From NCBI GenBank assembly GCA_964016885.1, contig OZ024744.1:49662001-49726000 (forward strand): a stretch of 64,000 nucleotides of DNA. The letters run 5' to 3'. The translations under genes were made by a program, and so were the position numbers. Origin of the DNA: Eledone cirrhosa (Eukaryota). Each line of letters starts with the position of its first letter. Position 1 is the stretch's first letter. Under the pieces are notes generated by a model. The model had not been told where the DNA came from. It was given only the letters and a program-made list of their open reading frames with translations, and did not search any database. This document shows, in pieces, positions 9,392 through 21,421 of this stretch.

Positions 9392-12300
9392 CTACAGCCG
9401 CATGACCAGAGTAGGCCCACTCACACGGGCCATTCTCGCCATATTCACCCACCTTTCAGAAAATGTACTGGGAGGCAGCACTTCTCTCTTCACCCTCACC
9501 TTCCTTTCCAAGTGAAACTTGAAAAAGTTGATGAGGGATTGGCCGAATAGAAAAGTGTCTGTCTTCAGTCCTTTCAACCTCGTCCACCATACAACCTCTT
9601 TCGCTACTGCCACCAGATAGGAAAATTGCCTGCCCTTCCTGGTCAAAAGAAGGCGGCGGGTCGATCTTCATTATGGACTCGGCCGATAGCCGGATCCGTT
9701 CTACACGCGACAGTAGCTGTTCAACATAACTCCACAAGTCAGTAATGCACGGACACTGGACGAGTGCGTGCAGAACGGTTTCGTCGCTCTGCGCGCATCT
9801 CGGGCAGGTCCGTCTGACAGCACTTCCGTGCCTGTAGAGTTTATCTCGAACCGGCAGTGCCCCCCGGTAGCACTGCCAAGCGAGGGATTTTTGGAAATTA
9901 TCCATCGTCCCCGGCTCGAAAGTTCTCCGGTACAGACTGGTTAGTTCGATTTCGTTGACTCCCAGAGCCTCTCCGAGTGCATCGTCGCACTTTCCCACCA
10001 CTAATCCTCTATAGAACTCGAGAGTGGAAGTTCCACTAACCGCATTGCCCGCCTGTTAGAGGGCAGTGAGTGCCTAGCAACATTCCAGATGCCAATCACC
10101 CAGTCTCAGTCTCTTCTTGACCTAGGACTGCAGCTCAGTCAAAGAAACGAGCTGCGGAAAGGCCCGTCTGACAAACGGCGACCACACCTGTTCACCGTTT
10201 AGGCAGAATATCTGGAGATGCCGCAGCCTCAGCGCGTGCCTGCGCATCATTAGCCACGGCATGCCCAGCCCTCCACGTAGAGGGTGCTGGCAGCAGATGG
10301 ATCTCTTCACCAGCGGAACCTGACGCCTCCACAAGAATTTGAGAGGAGCCGCTCCAAGATGGCGAGGCGCGAACGGGGGCAAGGGACGACGGTCAGACGG
10401 TAGTAGATGACGGACGCGATGTACGCGTTCGCCACCTCCCCCCGACCTTTCAGTGATAGCTTCATCCCCGCCCATTTCTGGGTGAGACTGGCTACCCTGC
10501 CCGTCATCTCGTCCCAATTCTTATCCACCTGGAGGTCTGGCCCGAACGAAACCCCGAGCAACTTTACCGGTCCGTCCATCCAGCGCCTAACGACGCTGTT
10601 GGACGGCATGGCCTTGCCTCTCCAGGTGCCGAGTTGCAAGCCCACCGACTTTTCCGGGTTAAGTTTTGCTCCCGTCAACCTTTCATATTCCTCCAATAAG
10701 TTGCTGACCACCTCGATTTCTGAGGTGTCCGACACCATCACGGTGATGTCGTCCGCATAAGCCGACACAGCCTTTCCGCGTCCCGGTTCGAGCGGGATGC
10801 CCTGTAACAGCTCCAGCTTCCGCAGTAAAGGCTCGAGAGTCAATACGTACAGAAGGGAGGGGAGAGGGCACCCTTGACGGACCGATCGGGAGACCTGAAA
10901 CGGTTCCGAGAGGTGGCCATTAATTTTGACCATCGAGCAGGTGCCGCTGTGCATTGCAGCGATCCAGCTTCTGAAGACGGGGCCGAAGCCAGCCGCCTTG
11001 AGGACAGCCTCCAGGTACCGATGGTCGACCGTATCGAATGCTTTCGATTGATCTAAATTGATCAGAGCCCCACCGAAGCCAGGTTTACACCTTACCCTCT
11101 CTATGATGTATCGCATTAGGTGGAGGTTGTCGTGTATGGACCTGGTTGGGATTGCGCAAGTTTGCGCCTCCCCAACCAAATCCCTGACGACAAGCGCCAA
11201 CCTCTTCGCTAACACCCTGGCCAAAATCTTAAACTCTGTGTTGAGCAGAGTTATGGGCCTGAAATTGTCTAATGTGTCCCTCTTGTTCTCGCCTTTCCTT
11301 ATCAGCGTCACTACGCCCCGGCTCACAGAACTGGGAATACTCCCGTTTTGCTGCCAGTTGCAGTAGAGCGCTTCGAGGAGATTGGAGAACAAGTCTGGCA
11401 TATTTACGTAAAGCTCGTAGGGCAGACCATCCAAGCCGGGTGACTTGCGCCTCATGCAGCCGACAAGGGCATCCTGAATCTCGGCTGAAGTAACTGGCCT
11501 TTCGCAGCTCCCAGCGTCAGCCGTCGAGAGTTGCGGCAAGCCATCGAGGTAGGGACTGAAGTCCGCCACCATCTCTGACCCACCACTTCCCCCGAACAAC
11601 CAAGGAAAATGTTGGCGAAAGGCCTCACACATCCGCTTGGAATCGCTCAGCTCGTGTCCGTCTCGGTCCGTCAAAGACCGAATCGTGGTTTTATTACCAC
11701 GCTGCGCCTCTGCCACTCGGGCCCATCGAACAGCTTTGGTTCCCTCGTTTCTCAGAGCACGCGCCTTAGCTCTGACAATGCAACCTTCGTGTTTCGCATT
11801 GAAGAAATGGTCTAATGCCATTCTCGCCGCTAGCACGTCAGTTGCAATGCCACTACCAATAGCCTCGTCTAACTTATCTACCAACTTCCCCTCCTTTCTA
11901 TTTTTCTCTAATGCTACTTCTTTGCTAAACTCTATCGAGATTACTCTAATCTCTCTTTTGAGAACCCCCCCCCCCACCATCTATTGTTGACGACTCCCCC
12001 TGTCAACTTTTTCTTAACTAAATTGTTGACCTGGTCCCTGTAAGCCTTACGTGCCGCAAATGACATGTTTAGCTTCCAGTAACCAGGTCCTAACCTACGC
12101 GTCTTATCTAGGTCGACCATACAGATCACAAACTTGTGATCTGAATAGGCGACCGTTTCAAAACGTGGTCAGCTTACACTATTTCTATCTATTTTCCTAA
12201 TGAATATCCTGTCTATATACGATCTAGATGACCCTATGCGGTTAGCCCAAGTCCACACTTGCGCATTAGGGAAATCTAGTCGGTACCTGTCAGACAGTTG

Positions 12301-12816
12301 GAACTGGCTGATCAGGTTCTTGAGGCTTTTGCACCCCCCGTTCCTATCGGATACTCCCACACAGTCCCAGCATGCATCTAAGATGCCGTTCCAGTCTCCC
12401 GCTAACAGTAAAGAGCGAGACGTACCTAGAAAGGCTTCCAGGCGTCTAAAGAAGTCCGGCTGTCCTGCCCCAGTAGGAGCATAGACGGCCACCAGTCTAA
12501 AGGCACCACCTTCGTTATTGTTCACGTCCAGGACCACCAACATCCCGTCCGGGTCCCGGAATATCAACCTTACCTCGAGATCCAGGCCTTTCCTAAACAG
12601 CACTGCCACCCCGCCTCCCATTCCCGGCCGGCTAACAGATGCAAAGATCTGATAGTTGTCGAAAATGGGGGCTAGTGCGCGCGTGTCGGAAATCCTGATC
12701 TCGCTGACGGCAATTACATCTATTTCTAGAGACCTGAGGTCGTTGAGCAGGTGACGCTGCTTCCAGGACGATCCCAGGCCTCGAACATTTAAACATCCTA
12801 CTCTTAATACGGCCAT
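9392..12816 (-). pseudogene. Tx1 ORF2 (APE endonuclease, RT, C-terminal zinc finger), frameshifted
   Basis: LNVRGL, VYAPT, AGDWN, GPGYWKLN, KSPGLDGLP, RPITLLN, LDQSKAFD, RQGCPL, AYADD, CPRC..ETVLHALVQC. Confidence 0.92.
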
Positions 12817-12847
12817 GTTGGCAGGTTAAAAAGAGAGAGAGGAAAGG

Positions 12848-14830
12848 TTTACTTACCTTCCGGGCTCTTGTGAAGGTCGGGTTGTTCGACCTCTATAGTT
12901 GGTGGGGTTTCTTTTGGGAACCCCTTTAAAAGTCTTGAAGTGGGTTTTACGTTCGGGGTTCCCACGTCCCGAGGAAAGCTGTCTCATATTTCTTTGTATA
13001 AATCGATCGACATTCGCACCAGAACCAAATCTTCCGGCACGCGAAATGTGCTCGATTTAAAAATTTCCCCCTCTTTTTGTATATTTTCAGTTCGTGCTAC
13101 GAGGGCCATCAGTTCCTTGTTGGCTCTCCTGACGAGCACGAAGTTTTGTATGTTTTGTTGGTGTGAGTTTATTTGTTTGCGTGGCTGTGGTGGTGATGGT
13201 TTTGGTGGTGTCGTTTCGGTTGTGTCTGTGTTTGTTGTGAGTGCGGTGTCTGTGGTTTCAGATGTTTGTGTGTATATTTGTTCTTGCGTCTGTCTAGGTT
13301 GTTTGCGTTTGGGGGATTCTGGTGATGGTGATGGTGGTGTTGATGTTGGTGTTATTGGAGAGATGTTTGCGTGGGTGGTGTCTGCGTTTTTTATTGTGGG
13401 TGATTTTGTGCTTTGTTGAGTTTTTTTTTTCTTTTTGTGTTTCCTTTTTTGTATTTTGGGGGATTTTGATTTTCCCTCATCTTCACTACTGGTAGATGAG
13501 GGGTCTGTGTCTGTAAGTGTGTCTGTATGTATGTTTATGGTTTTATTGGGGTGTGTATTGGGGGGGGGGGGATTTGACAGCTTTCCTCGTTTCTCCTCTG
13601 GGTGGTCAATGTTGGTGGTGGTCTTTCTATTGGTGTTGTTGTTGGTGGTTTTGCCGGTGCTGGTGTTGGTTGTGGTCCTCGCCCCGGCGTCGGCAGCAGT
13701 GGAGCCTTTCGACCCCTTGCCTCTTTCAGCAGTTGAGGGCAGAAGGCTCGCAAATGGGTTTTTTCCCCACAAACAAAACACTGATGCCTTTTGCCTTCGG
13801 TCATAATGTGAATGACAGTCCCATTCTGAAGGCGTATGTGGTCCGGGATTGTATTCACATTCTCGGGCCTGATCTGGAGAAGGATCTCCAGGTCAACCCC
13901 GGACCAGTCCTCTCTGGCCGTTCTGGTCACTTCTATAGGGACGGTATCCGTCCCCTCCACAATCACACATCCCAGAAGCCACCACGTGTCAAGTCCTGGT
14001 GGGATTCTGGGAATGCGGAGACGGGCCGTTCTTTTTCCCATGTGAGAGGGGTACATTATGACCTTGCTGGTTTTGCAAGGAGTCATAGCGTGTTTCATAG
14101 CGAGGGCTTCTGACTTGAACAACACCGAAATGGTGCCGTACTGTCTGCCCCTCTCTATGTACTGGGTGTCTTCTCTGATGCATCTCAGCGCGACTTCGGC
14201 ATCTTCTTGTGGGATTAAAGCTGCCCTTTTGGTTTGTGCTGAGATGCATCTGTAATGCACCGTTCTGAGCTCCACTGCCTCAATAGCTTCTACCGGGACA
14301 GTTAAGTTGGCCCAGGTTTGCTCTTGTCTGATGAGCTTCCATGCCTGGGCCAACTTTTCATCTTTGTTTGAGAGGTCGATGTTGAAGCATGGCCTCTTTT
14401 TTGCTGCTGCCGCAGCGAAAGTTTTCTTCTTGTTTTCGTTGGGGGTGTTGTTGTCGTTGTCGTTGTTCTTGTTGGTGTTGTTTTATCACTGTCGCTGTTA
14501 TCATTGTTGTCTTTGTTGCCACCGTTGTTCTCGGTGCAGTTGGTATTGTTGCTGTTGGTGTTGTCGCTATTTGTTTTCATGTTAGTGTTGTTGATATTGT
14601 TGTTGCATTTGTCATTTTTCTTTTTGTGATCTGTATTTTCGTTGTCGCTGTTACTGTCATTTTTTTTTTAAATTAGAGTTCTCATTGGTATCATTGGTGT
14701 CTTTGTTTACATTGTTTGTGTTGGTGTTTGTGTTATCAATTTGTGTTAATTTCGCTGTAGCGCTCCTCTCAACTTCCATGTCGTTGTCGCACGACAGCCG
14801 ACATATCGCTGGGGGGCGTGGCTCAGCCAT
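12848..14830 (-). pseudogene. Tx1 ORF1 (single CCHC zinc knuckle, low-complexity termini), disrupted
   Basis: CFVCGEKTHLRAFC; Thr/Asn/Pro-rich flanks; ends ..KSPEGK*. Confidence 0.8.
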
Positions 14831-15053
14831 GGTTTTTTTTTTCGTAAATTTTTTAACATGTAAAAAAAGGTTCAAATATTTGGGCCAAAAGGCCCAAATA
14901 TTATACTTTCCCCTTCACGGGGCAAAGTCTAAGGGCTTATATCCCTTACACAACAAGAAATATTTAACAACAAATAATTTTAACAGTCAAATAAAGCGAC
15001 TTACTAGGAGCGAGGAAAGTACGTCCGATTAGACCAATAATAATAATAATAAT

Positions 15054-18000
15054 GATTTCTTTATTGGCCACACGGGCTGATATCAAGAAAAACATTACAG
15101 ACGGCACAGGACGGTACGATGTGGATTTTGTGCGTGTAAATATTTTTATTATTTATATAAGAAAAGAAAAAAAGGACATAGAAACATATATATATAAACA
15201 ATAAAAATGAAAATTGAAGCAATAAAAAATTCCCCAATAGGGGAGAAACCTCGTGGTGAAAACCACACAAAAAACAACGTCCACCCCGACCATCAGGGCA
15301 AGCGCCCTCTCTCAATTTTTCCATTTCTCAAACTACAGACGTATATTCAGAGCGGTCCCGTTCACTCGGACCATTCTCGCTACATTCACCCACCTTTCAA
15401 CAAACTTGCTAGAGGGCAGCACTTGCCTCTCCACCCTGATTTTCCTCTTCAAGTGAAACTTGAAAAAGTTAATTAGGGATTCGCCGAAGAGGAAAGTCTC
15501 TGTCTTTAACCCTTTCAACCTTGTCCACCACACAATCTCTTTCGCCATGGTCACCAGGCAGATGAAAACCGCCTGCCCTTCCTCCTCGAAGGAAGACGGC
15601 GAGACCATCTGCACAATGGACTCAGTCGACAACCGGATCAGTCCCACACGCGACAGCAACTGTTCGACATAGCTCCACAAGTCAGCAATGCTCGGGAACT
15701 GAACGACTGCGTGCACGACGGTTTCATCGCTCTGCGCGCATCTCGGACAGGCTCGGCTGACGGTACTTCCCTGCCTGTAGAGCTTATCTCGAACCGGCAG
15801 CGCTCCCAGGTAGCACCGCCAGGCCAGGGATTTTTGGAAGTTATCCATAGGCCCTGGGCTGAAAGTTATGGGGAATAGAGCAAACAGCTGATTTTCTTCG
15901 ACGTCCAGGATCTCTCCGAGAACGTCGTCGCTCTTCCCCTCCACTAGTCCTCTATAGAACGCCGAGGTGGATGTTCCACCGATACTGGTGCCCAGCTGGC
16001 AGAGGGCAGTGAGCACCTGGAGACATTCCAGTTTCCAAGCGCTATCCCTCGGTCTTTTTCTGACCCAGGACTGCAGCTCCGTCAATGAGACGAGCTGTGG
16101 GAAAACGTGCCTGGCGAACGGCGACCACACCTGTTCACCATCAAGGAAGCACCAGAGGTGTTGCAGCCTCAGCACATGTTTGCGCATCATCAGCCATGGC
16201 ATGCCCAGTCCTCCACGCAACGGGTGTTGACAGCAGATGGATCGTCTGACCATGGGAGCGCGTCCCTTCCACAAAAAGCGGAAGAGAAGGCGCTCCATTT
16301 TGATGAGAGTTGGGCCGGGGCAAGGGAAGACGGTGAGGCGGTAGCAGATGACGGATGCGATGTACGCATTCGCCACCTCCGCCCGGCCTTTCAGGGACAG
16401 CTTCCACTCGGCCCATTTCTGGGTGAGGGAGGCCACCTTGCTCGTCACCTCGTTCCAGTTTTTCTCCATCTGTAGGTCCGATCCGAACCAGGCCCCGAGC
16501 AATTTAACCGGTCCGTCCGTCCAACGCCCCACGACAATGTCGGACGGCATTGACTTGCCTCTCCAGGTGCCGATCTGCAAGCCCACCGACTTTTCCTGGT
16601 TCATCTTTGCTCCTGTCACTGCTTCGTATTCCTTGAGAGCAGTGCCGAGCATCTGGACGTATCTGGTGCTCGACACAAACACGGTGACGTCGTCGGCGCA
16701 AGCCGACTCGGTTTCCCCGCATCCTAGTTCGCGTGGGACGCCCCTCATCACCCCCATTTTGTGCAGTAACGGCCGCCAGAGCCAATACGTCAAGAGGGAC
16801 GAGAGGGGACAACTCTGGCGGACTGAGCGCTTGATGCTGAACGGCTGCGACAGGTGACCGTTCACCCTCACAACTGAGCAGATGTGGCTGTAAATCGCAG
16901 CGATCCAACCCCTGAAAACGGGCCCGAAACCGACTGCCTCGAGGACCGTCGCCAGGTACCGATGGTCGACCCTATCGAGTGCTTTGGATTGATCCAAGTT
17001 GATCAGGGCCCCACCCGTGCCAGGTTCCTTTACCGCCCTCTCTATGATGTATCGCATGAGGTGGAGGTTGTCGTGTATGGATCTGTCCGGAATGGCGCAT
17101 ATCTGCGCCTCTCCCACCAGACCCTTGACGACAAGCGCCAACCTCGTTGCTAACACCTTGGCCAAAATCTTGAACTCTGCGTTTAGCAGGGTTATGGGCC
17201 TGAAATTTTCGATAACATCCCCCCTTGTTCGAGTCTTTTCTCAGCAGCGCCACCGCTCCTCGGCTCACAAAACTGGGAATGCTCCCGTTCTGCTGCCAGT
17301 TGCAGTAGACGTCTGCCAAGAGGTCGCCGAACAAGTCTGGCATAAATGCATAAAGCTCGTAGGGCAGACCATCCAAACCTGGCGATTTACCCCTCGTGCA
17401 GTTAGCCATCGCTTCCCGTATTTCACCGGCTGTTATTGGATTTTCGCAACACTGTGCTGCGGTCGTAGAGAGCCGAGGCAGTCCGTCGAAGTATGCGCTG
17501 AAGTCCATACACCGATCCGGCCCGCCGCTGTTTCCGAACAGTTCAGCAAAGTGCTGCTGAAAAGCTTCACACATCTGCTCGGGTTCGAGCAACACGCGCC
17601 CGTTTTGGTCAGACAAAGACCGAATTGTTGCTTTGTTGCCACGTCACGCCTCTGCCACCCGGGCCCATTGGACGGCTTTCGTCCCCTCGTGTTTCAGAGC
17701 ACGCGCTCTAGCTCTTACAACACAGCCCTCGTGTTTTGCGCCGCAAGCACGTCGGTTGCGATGCCTGCCCTAAACGCCTCTTCTAGCTTTCTGACTAGTT
17801 CTCCCTCTACTCTATTTTCCTCTATCACTAGTCCTTTGCTAAACCTAATCGACTCTACTTTAATTGCCCTTTTCATGGCAAACTACCATCTGTTTTTGAC
17901 GACCGCTCCCGTCAACGCCCGCTTAACTAATACGCTAATCCGGTCTCTGTAGGCTTTGCGCGCCGGGAAAGACGCTTTCAGCGTCCAGTAACCGGGTCCT

Positions 18001-20390
18001 TGTCTATGAAGTCTGTCTACGTCAATCTCACAGATCACAAATTTGTGGTCTGTGTAGTCAACTATTTTAAATTGTGGACAACTTATACTAGCCTCATCTA
18101 GTTCCCTGCAGAATACCCTATCGAGATACGATCTGGATGACCCGATGCCGTTTATCCATGCCCACATTGGCACATTCGGGTGATCCAGTCGACACCTGTC
18201 AGACAGTTCAAAACGTCTGAGCAGGTTGGTGAGGCTCTTGCGCCCTCCTCCTCTATCCACTAGCCCCACACAATCCCAGCGTGCATCCAAGATACCGTTC
18301 CAGTCGCCCACTAACACTAAAGAGCGGGACGTTCCAAGAAAGGTCTCGAGACGTCTGAAGAAATCTGGCCGTCCTGCCCCAGTTGGAGCGTAGACGGCTA
18401 CTAGCCTGAAAGCATTGCCTTCGCTGCTGGTCACGTCCAGCATCACCGACTTACCTTCTGGGTCCAGGAAGATGGTCCGTATGGCGAGATCCAAGTCTCT
18501 CCAAAAAAGGACGGCAACCCCTGCCCCCGATCCTGGACGGCTGGGAGATGCGTATACATCGTAGCCGCCGAAAACTGGTGCGAAGGCCCGTGCTTCGGAG
18601 ATTCTGGTCTCGCTGATTGCCACCACATCTATGTTTAGTGACCTGAGGTCGTTGAGCAGGTGACCCTGCTTCCAAGATGACCCCAGGCCACGTGCATTTA
18701 TACTGCCTATTCTAAGCAGGGCCATGTTGGATGAGAAATGGGGCAAGTTAGAAAGGGTCACTTACCTTGATCGTGTGGTGAAGGGACAGTAGAACCGTCC
18801 CTTTGGCTGGTCATGGGTATTTCCAAGAGGATGTCAGTGTATATCCTCTTGGTAACCGACCCTCTGAAGTCTCCAACTGCGTTGGGAAATTTTTGTTTTA
18901 AAAGTTTGTACTGTTCTATTTTGATATCAATGTTGCTTATGTTTGTCGGGACAGTTCTTGGTGTAGTAGGTTTTTTTCTGTGATATCTGTGTGCTGCTTT
19001 ATATGTTGTATGAGTTCTTTATTTGCCATGTTTATGGCTGTGTACCTTTTGGAAGAAGGGGTGATTTTGTTGCTGTTTTCCTCTTGTTGCTGGAGGTGGT
19101 GTGGTTGTTGTTGGCGGTGGTGCTTGTGGTGGTGATGGCGATGGTGGTGGTGTTGCTGCAAGTCTCCTTGCAGCCTTTACCACTCTTTCTATGCCTTCGC
19201 TTTGGAGGGTGAAGCTAAGGTTTTTTTTCTTTTTTCTTTTTTGTGGCAGACCGTTTGCTACTTCCCTCCCGCCTCAAACTCCATGTCGGATTCCGTGGCG
19301 TCTGGGAGGGGTATGTGCTCCACGGCTGTTGGTGGTGGTAGTGGAGTCCTCTCCGGCGATTGTGTTGCTGGTGCAGCTACTGCAAATGTAGCTATTGGTG
19401 TTGCCGCCACTGATGCTGCTGCTTTAGTTGTCCGTGGCCTTGGTACGAGTGCCACGGACGGTGCCCTCCTACTCACCGTAGAAGGGGCTTTGGCGTTTGT
19501 TGCCTGCCCTGCTCTTGGTAGCAGCGGACCAGGTATTGGAAGGAGAGGGGCCTTCTTCTTCGCTGTCTTCTGCGGGCAAAAGGCCCTGAGGTGACCCTTT
19601 GACCCACAGAGATAACATTTTGGCCGTCTTCCTTCCACGCTTATAGGGAGTTGGAGTCCTTCCTCGAAGTCTATAATATTGGGGATAGCCTCGATACACT
19701 CTTGGTCAGTCTGTATTAGCATTTTCATGCCTACACCTGACCAGTTCTCTCTCCCTATTTTCTCTACTTACAGCATGGTCGTCCTGTCCTCGATTCCAGC
19801 AAGGACAGACGCGGCCAGCCAAGGTATGGGCACGTCGAGTGGGCCCTAGGTAACTTTGACCCTCACAATTTTCTTCCCGCAGTAGGAGAGCACCAAGACT
19901 ATCTCCTCACTCTTTAGGGTTTCCAAAGAGTGAGACTTCACTTCCTGGGAGCGGGGGTGGGTGGGTGGGTGTGTGTGTGAAAAGTATGCCTACTGTGGCG
20001 TACTTTCTGCCTCGGGTGATGTGGGTTTTGCGCGCCAAGACGCACCCCTAGGCCTTTTGGATTTGAGCCTCCGTGGCTCTCTCCACCCGATGTGACATTT
20101 TTCTTACTGTGCGGTAAATCACCGTCCATAGCTGCTGGTCCTTGAAACAATCGGGTGGAGGTTTCAGGGAAACTCTATTGACGTTTCTTGTCACCGTGGC
20201 CCTTGCGACTGCCATCTCCTCGTCTGTGACTAACACTGTTTCGATATTTCGGGCAACACCTGCAAAAGAAGTGGTCCCTTTTTCAGCGGCACCACAATTG
20301 CTGCCGCTGCTGTCTTGCTGGTGGTGCTGAGATCGCTGTTACAGGTATCGATATCATTGTTGATGTTTTCGTTGGTACCGTTGTTGCTGT
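15054..20390 (-). mobile_element. Tx1 copy 2 (ORF2 18725-15333; ORF1 ~20390-18758), 5'-truncated
   Basis: Same motifs as copy 1; CYLCGSKGHLRAFC; 3' end ggccaataaagaaatc-(att)6. Confidence 0.92.
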
Positions 20391-21033
20391 TGTTTCTTTA
20401 TTAATCACAATGGTTGACACAGTATAACATTAAGAACAACTCAGGACAATACAAATGGGCATTTCTGCGTGTAAAAAAAAACAAAAACAGAGGGTGACAA
20501 AAGGAAACAATGAAAAATTTCCAATAGGGGTAGACCTCCGAGGGTTGCTCGTAGAGAAAGCTCACAAGAAAAGCCACGGTTACCCTGATCGCTAGGGCAA
20601 ATGCCCTCTTCCAGTTTTCCTCCTACAATGCTACAGGCACACGCTCAGGGTAGACCCATTCACACGGGCCATTCTTGCCTCTCTCACCCACCTTTTAACA
20701 AACTGGCTGGCGGTCAGCACTTCCCTCTCTACCCTGATTTTCCTCTTCAGGTGAAACCTGAAAAAGTTAATGAGGGTGTCACCGAAGAGGAAAGTACCGG
20801 TCTTCAACCCTTTTAGACGTGTCCACCATACTATCTCTTTTACCATGTCCACCAGGCAGATAAAAACTGAATTGCCCTTCTCGGCTAAAGGAAGGCGGCG
20901 GGGCAATCTTCACAATGGACTCAGCTGATAGCCGGGTCCGTTCTACACGTGACAGCAGGTGTTCGACATAAACCCACAAATCAGCAATGCTCGGACACTG
21001 GACGAGTGCGTGCAGGACGGTTTCATCGCCCTG
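20391..21033 (-). mobile_element. Tx1 copy 3, 3' fragment
   Basis: ORF2 C-terminus KEIVWWTRLKGLK..LINFFRFHLKRK and a 3' UTR resembling copy 4. Confidence 0.85.
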
Positions 21034-21368
21034 TATATGTAGCCTGCCCGAGAGTGCAAAAAAAGGAGATGGAGAAAATTAACCGATACCAGGACTTAAT
21101 GTGGGAGTTAAAAAGATTTGGAACTGCCATGAAATCTAGGTCGTCCCGATTGTCATAGGCGCACTAGGTACTATCTCAAAGAGTTTCCAAGGATGGTTAA
21201 AGAAGATTAGTCCAGCCTCGCTTTTTGGAACACTTCAAAAGCATGTTTGCTGGGAACAGCAAGAACCCTCCGATACGTCCTGAATGTCTGAGGCTGCAGG
21301 CAGCGGCTTGATATTCATTTCAACAAACTTTCTAGTTAAATAATATCAATGACTGAGACTCAAAGAAC

Positions 21369-21419
<51 letters not shown>
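21034..21419 (+). mobile_element. R4/Dong-type LINE 3' fragment with (AAT)n tail
   Basis: VACP..KEMEKINRYQDLMWELK..VVPIVIGALGT..LLGTARTLRYVL*, then (aat)n. Confidence 0.8.

Positions 21420-21421
<2 letters not shown>

Larger units (their letters stand above)
9154..15035 (-). mobile_element. Tx1/L1-clade LINE copy 1, apparently full length
   Basis: ORF1 with a CCHC knuckle, ORF2 APE-RT-zinc finger, 3' end ..ggccaataaatgaaatc-(att)n. 5' end abuts (att)6. Confidence 0.92.

Noticed and set aside
12851-12860. acttacct on the plus strand as a U1 snRNA gene fragment or target
   Set aside because: No further U1 sequence follows; treated as a minus-strand donor motif.
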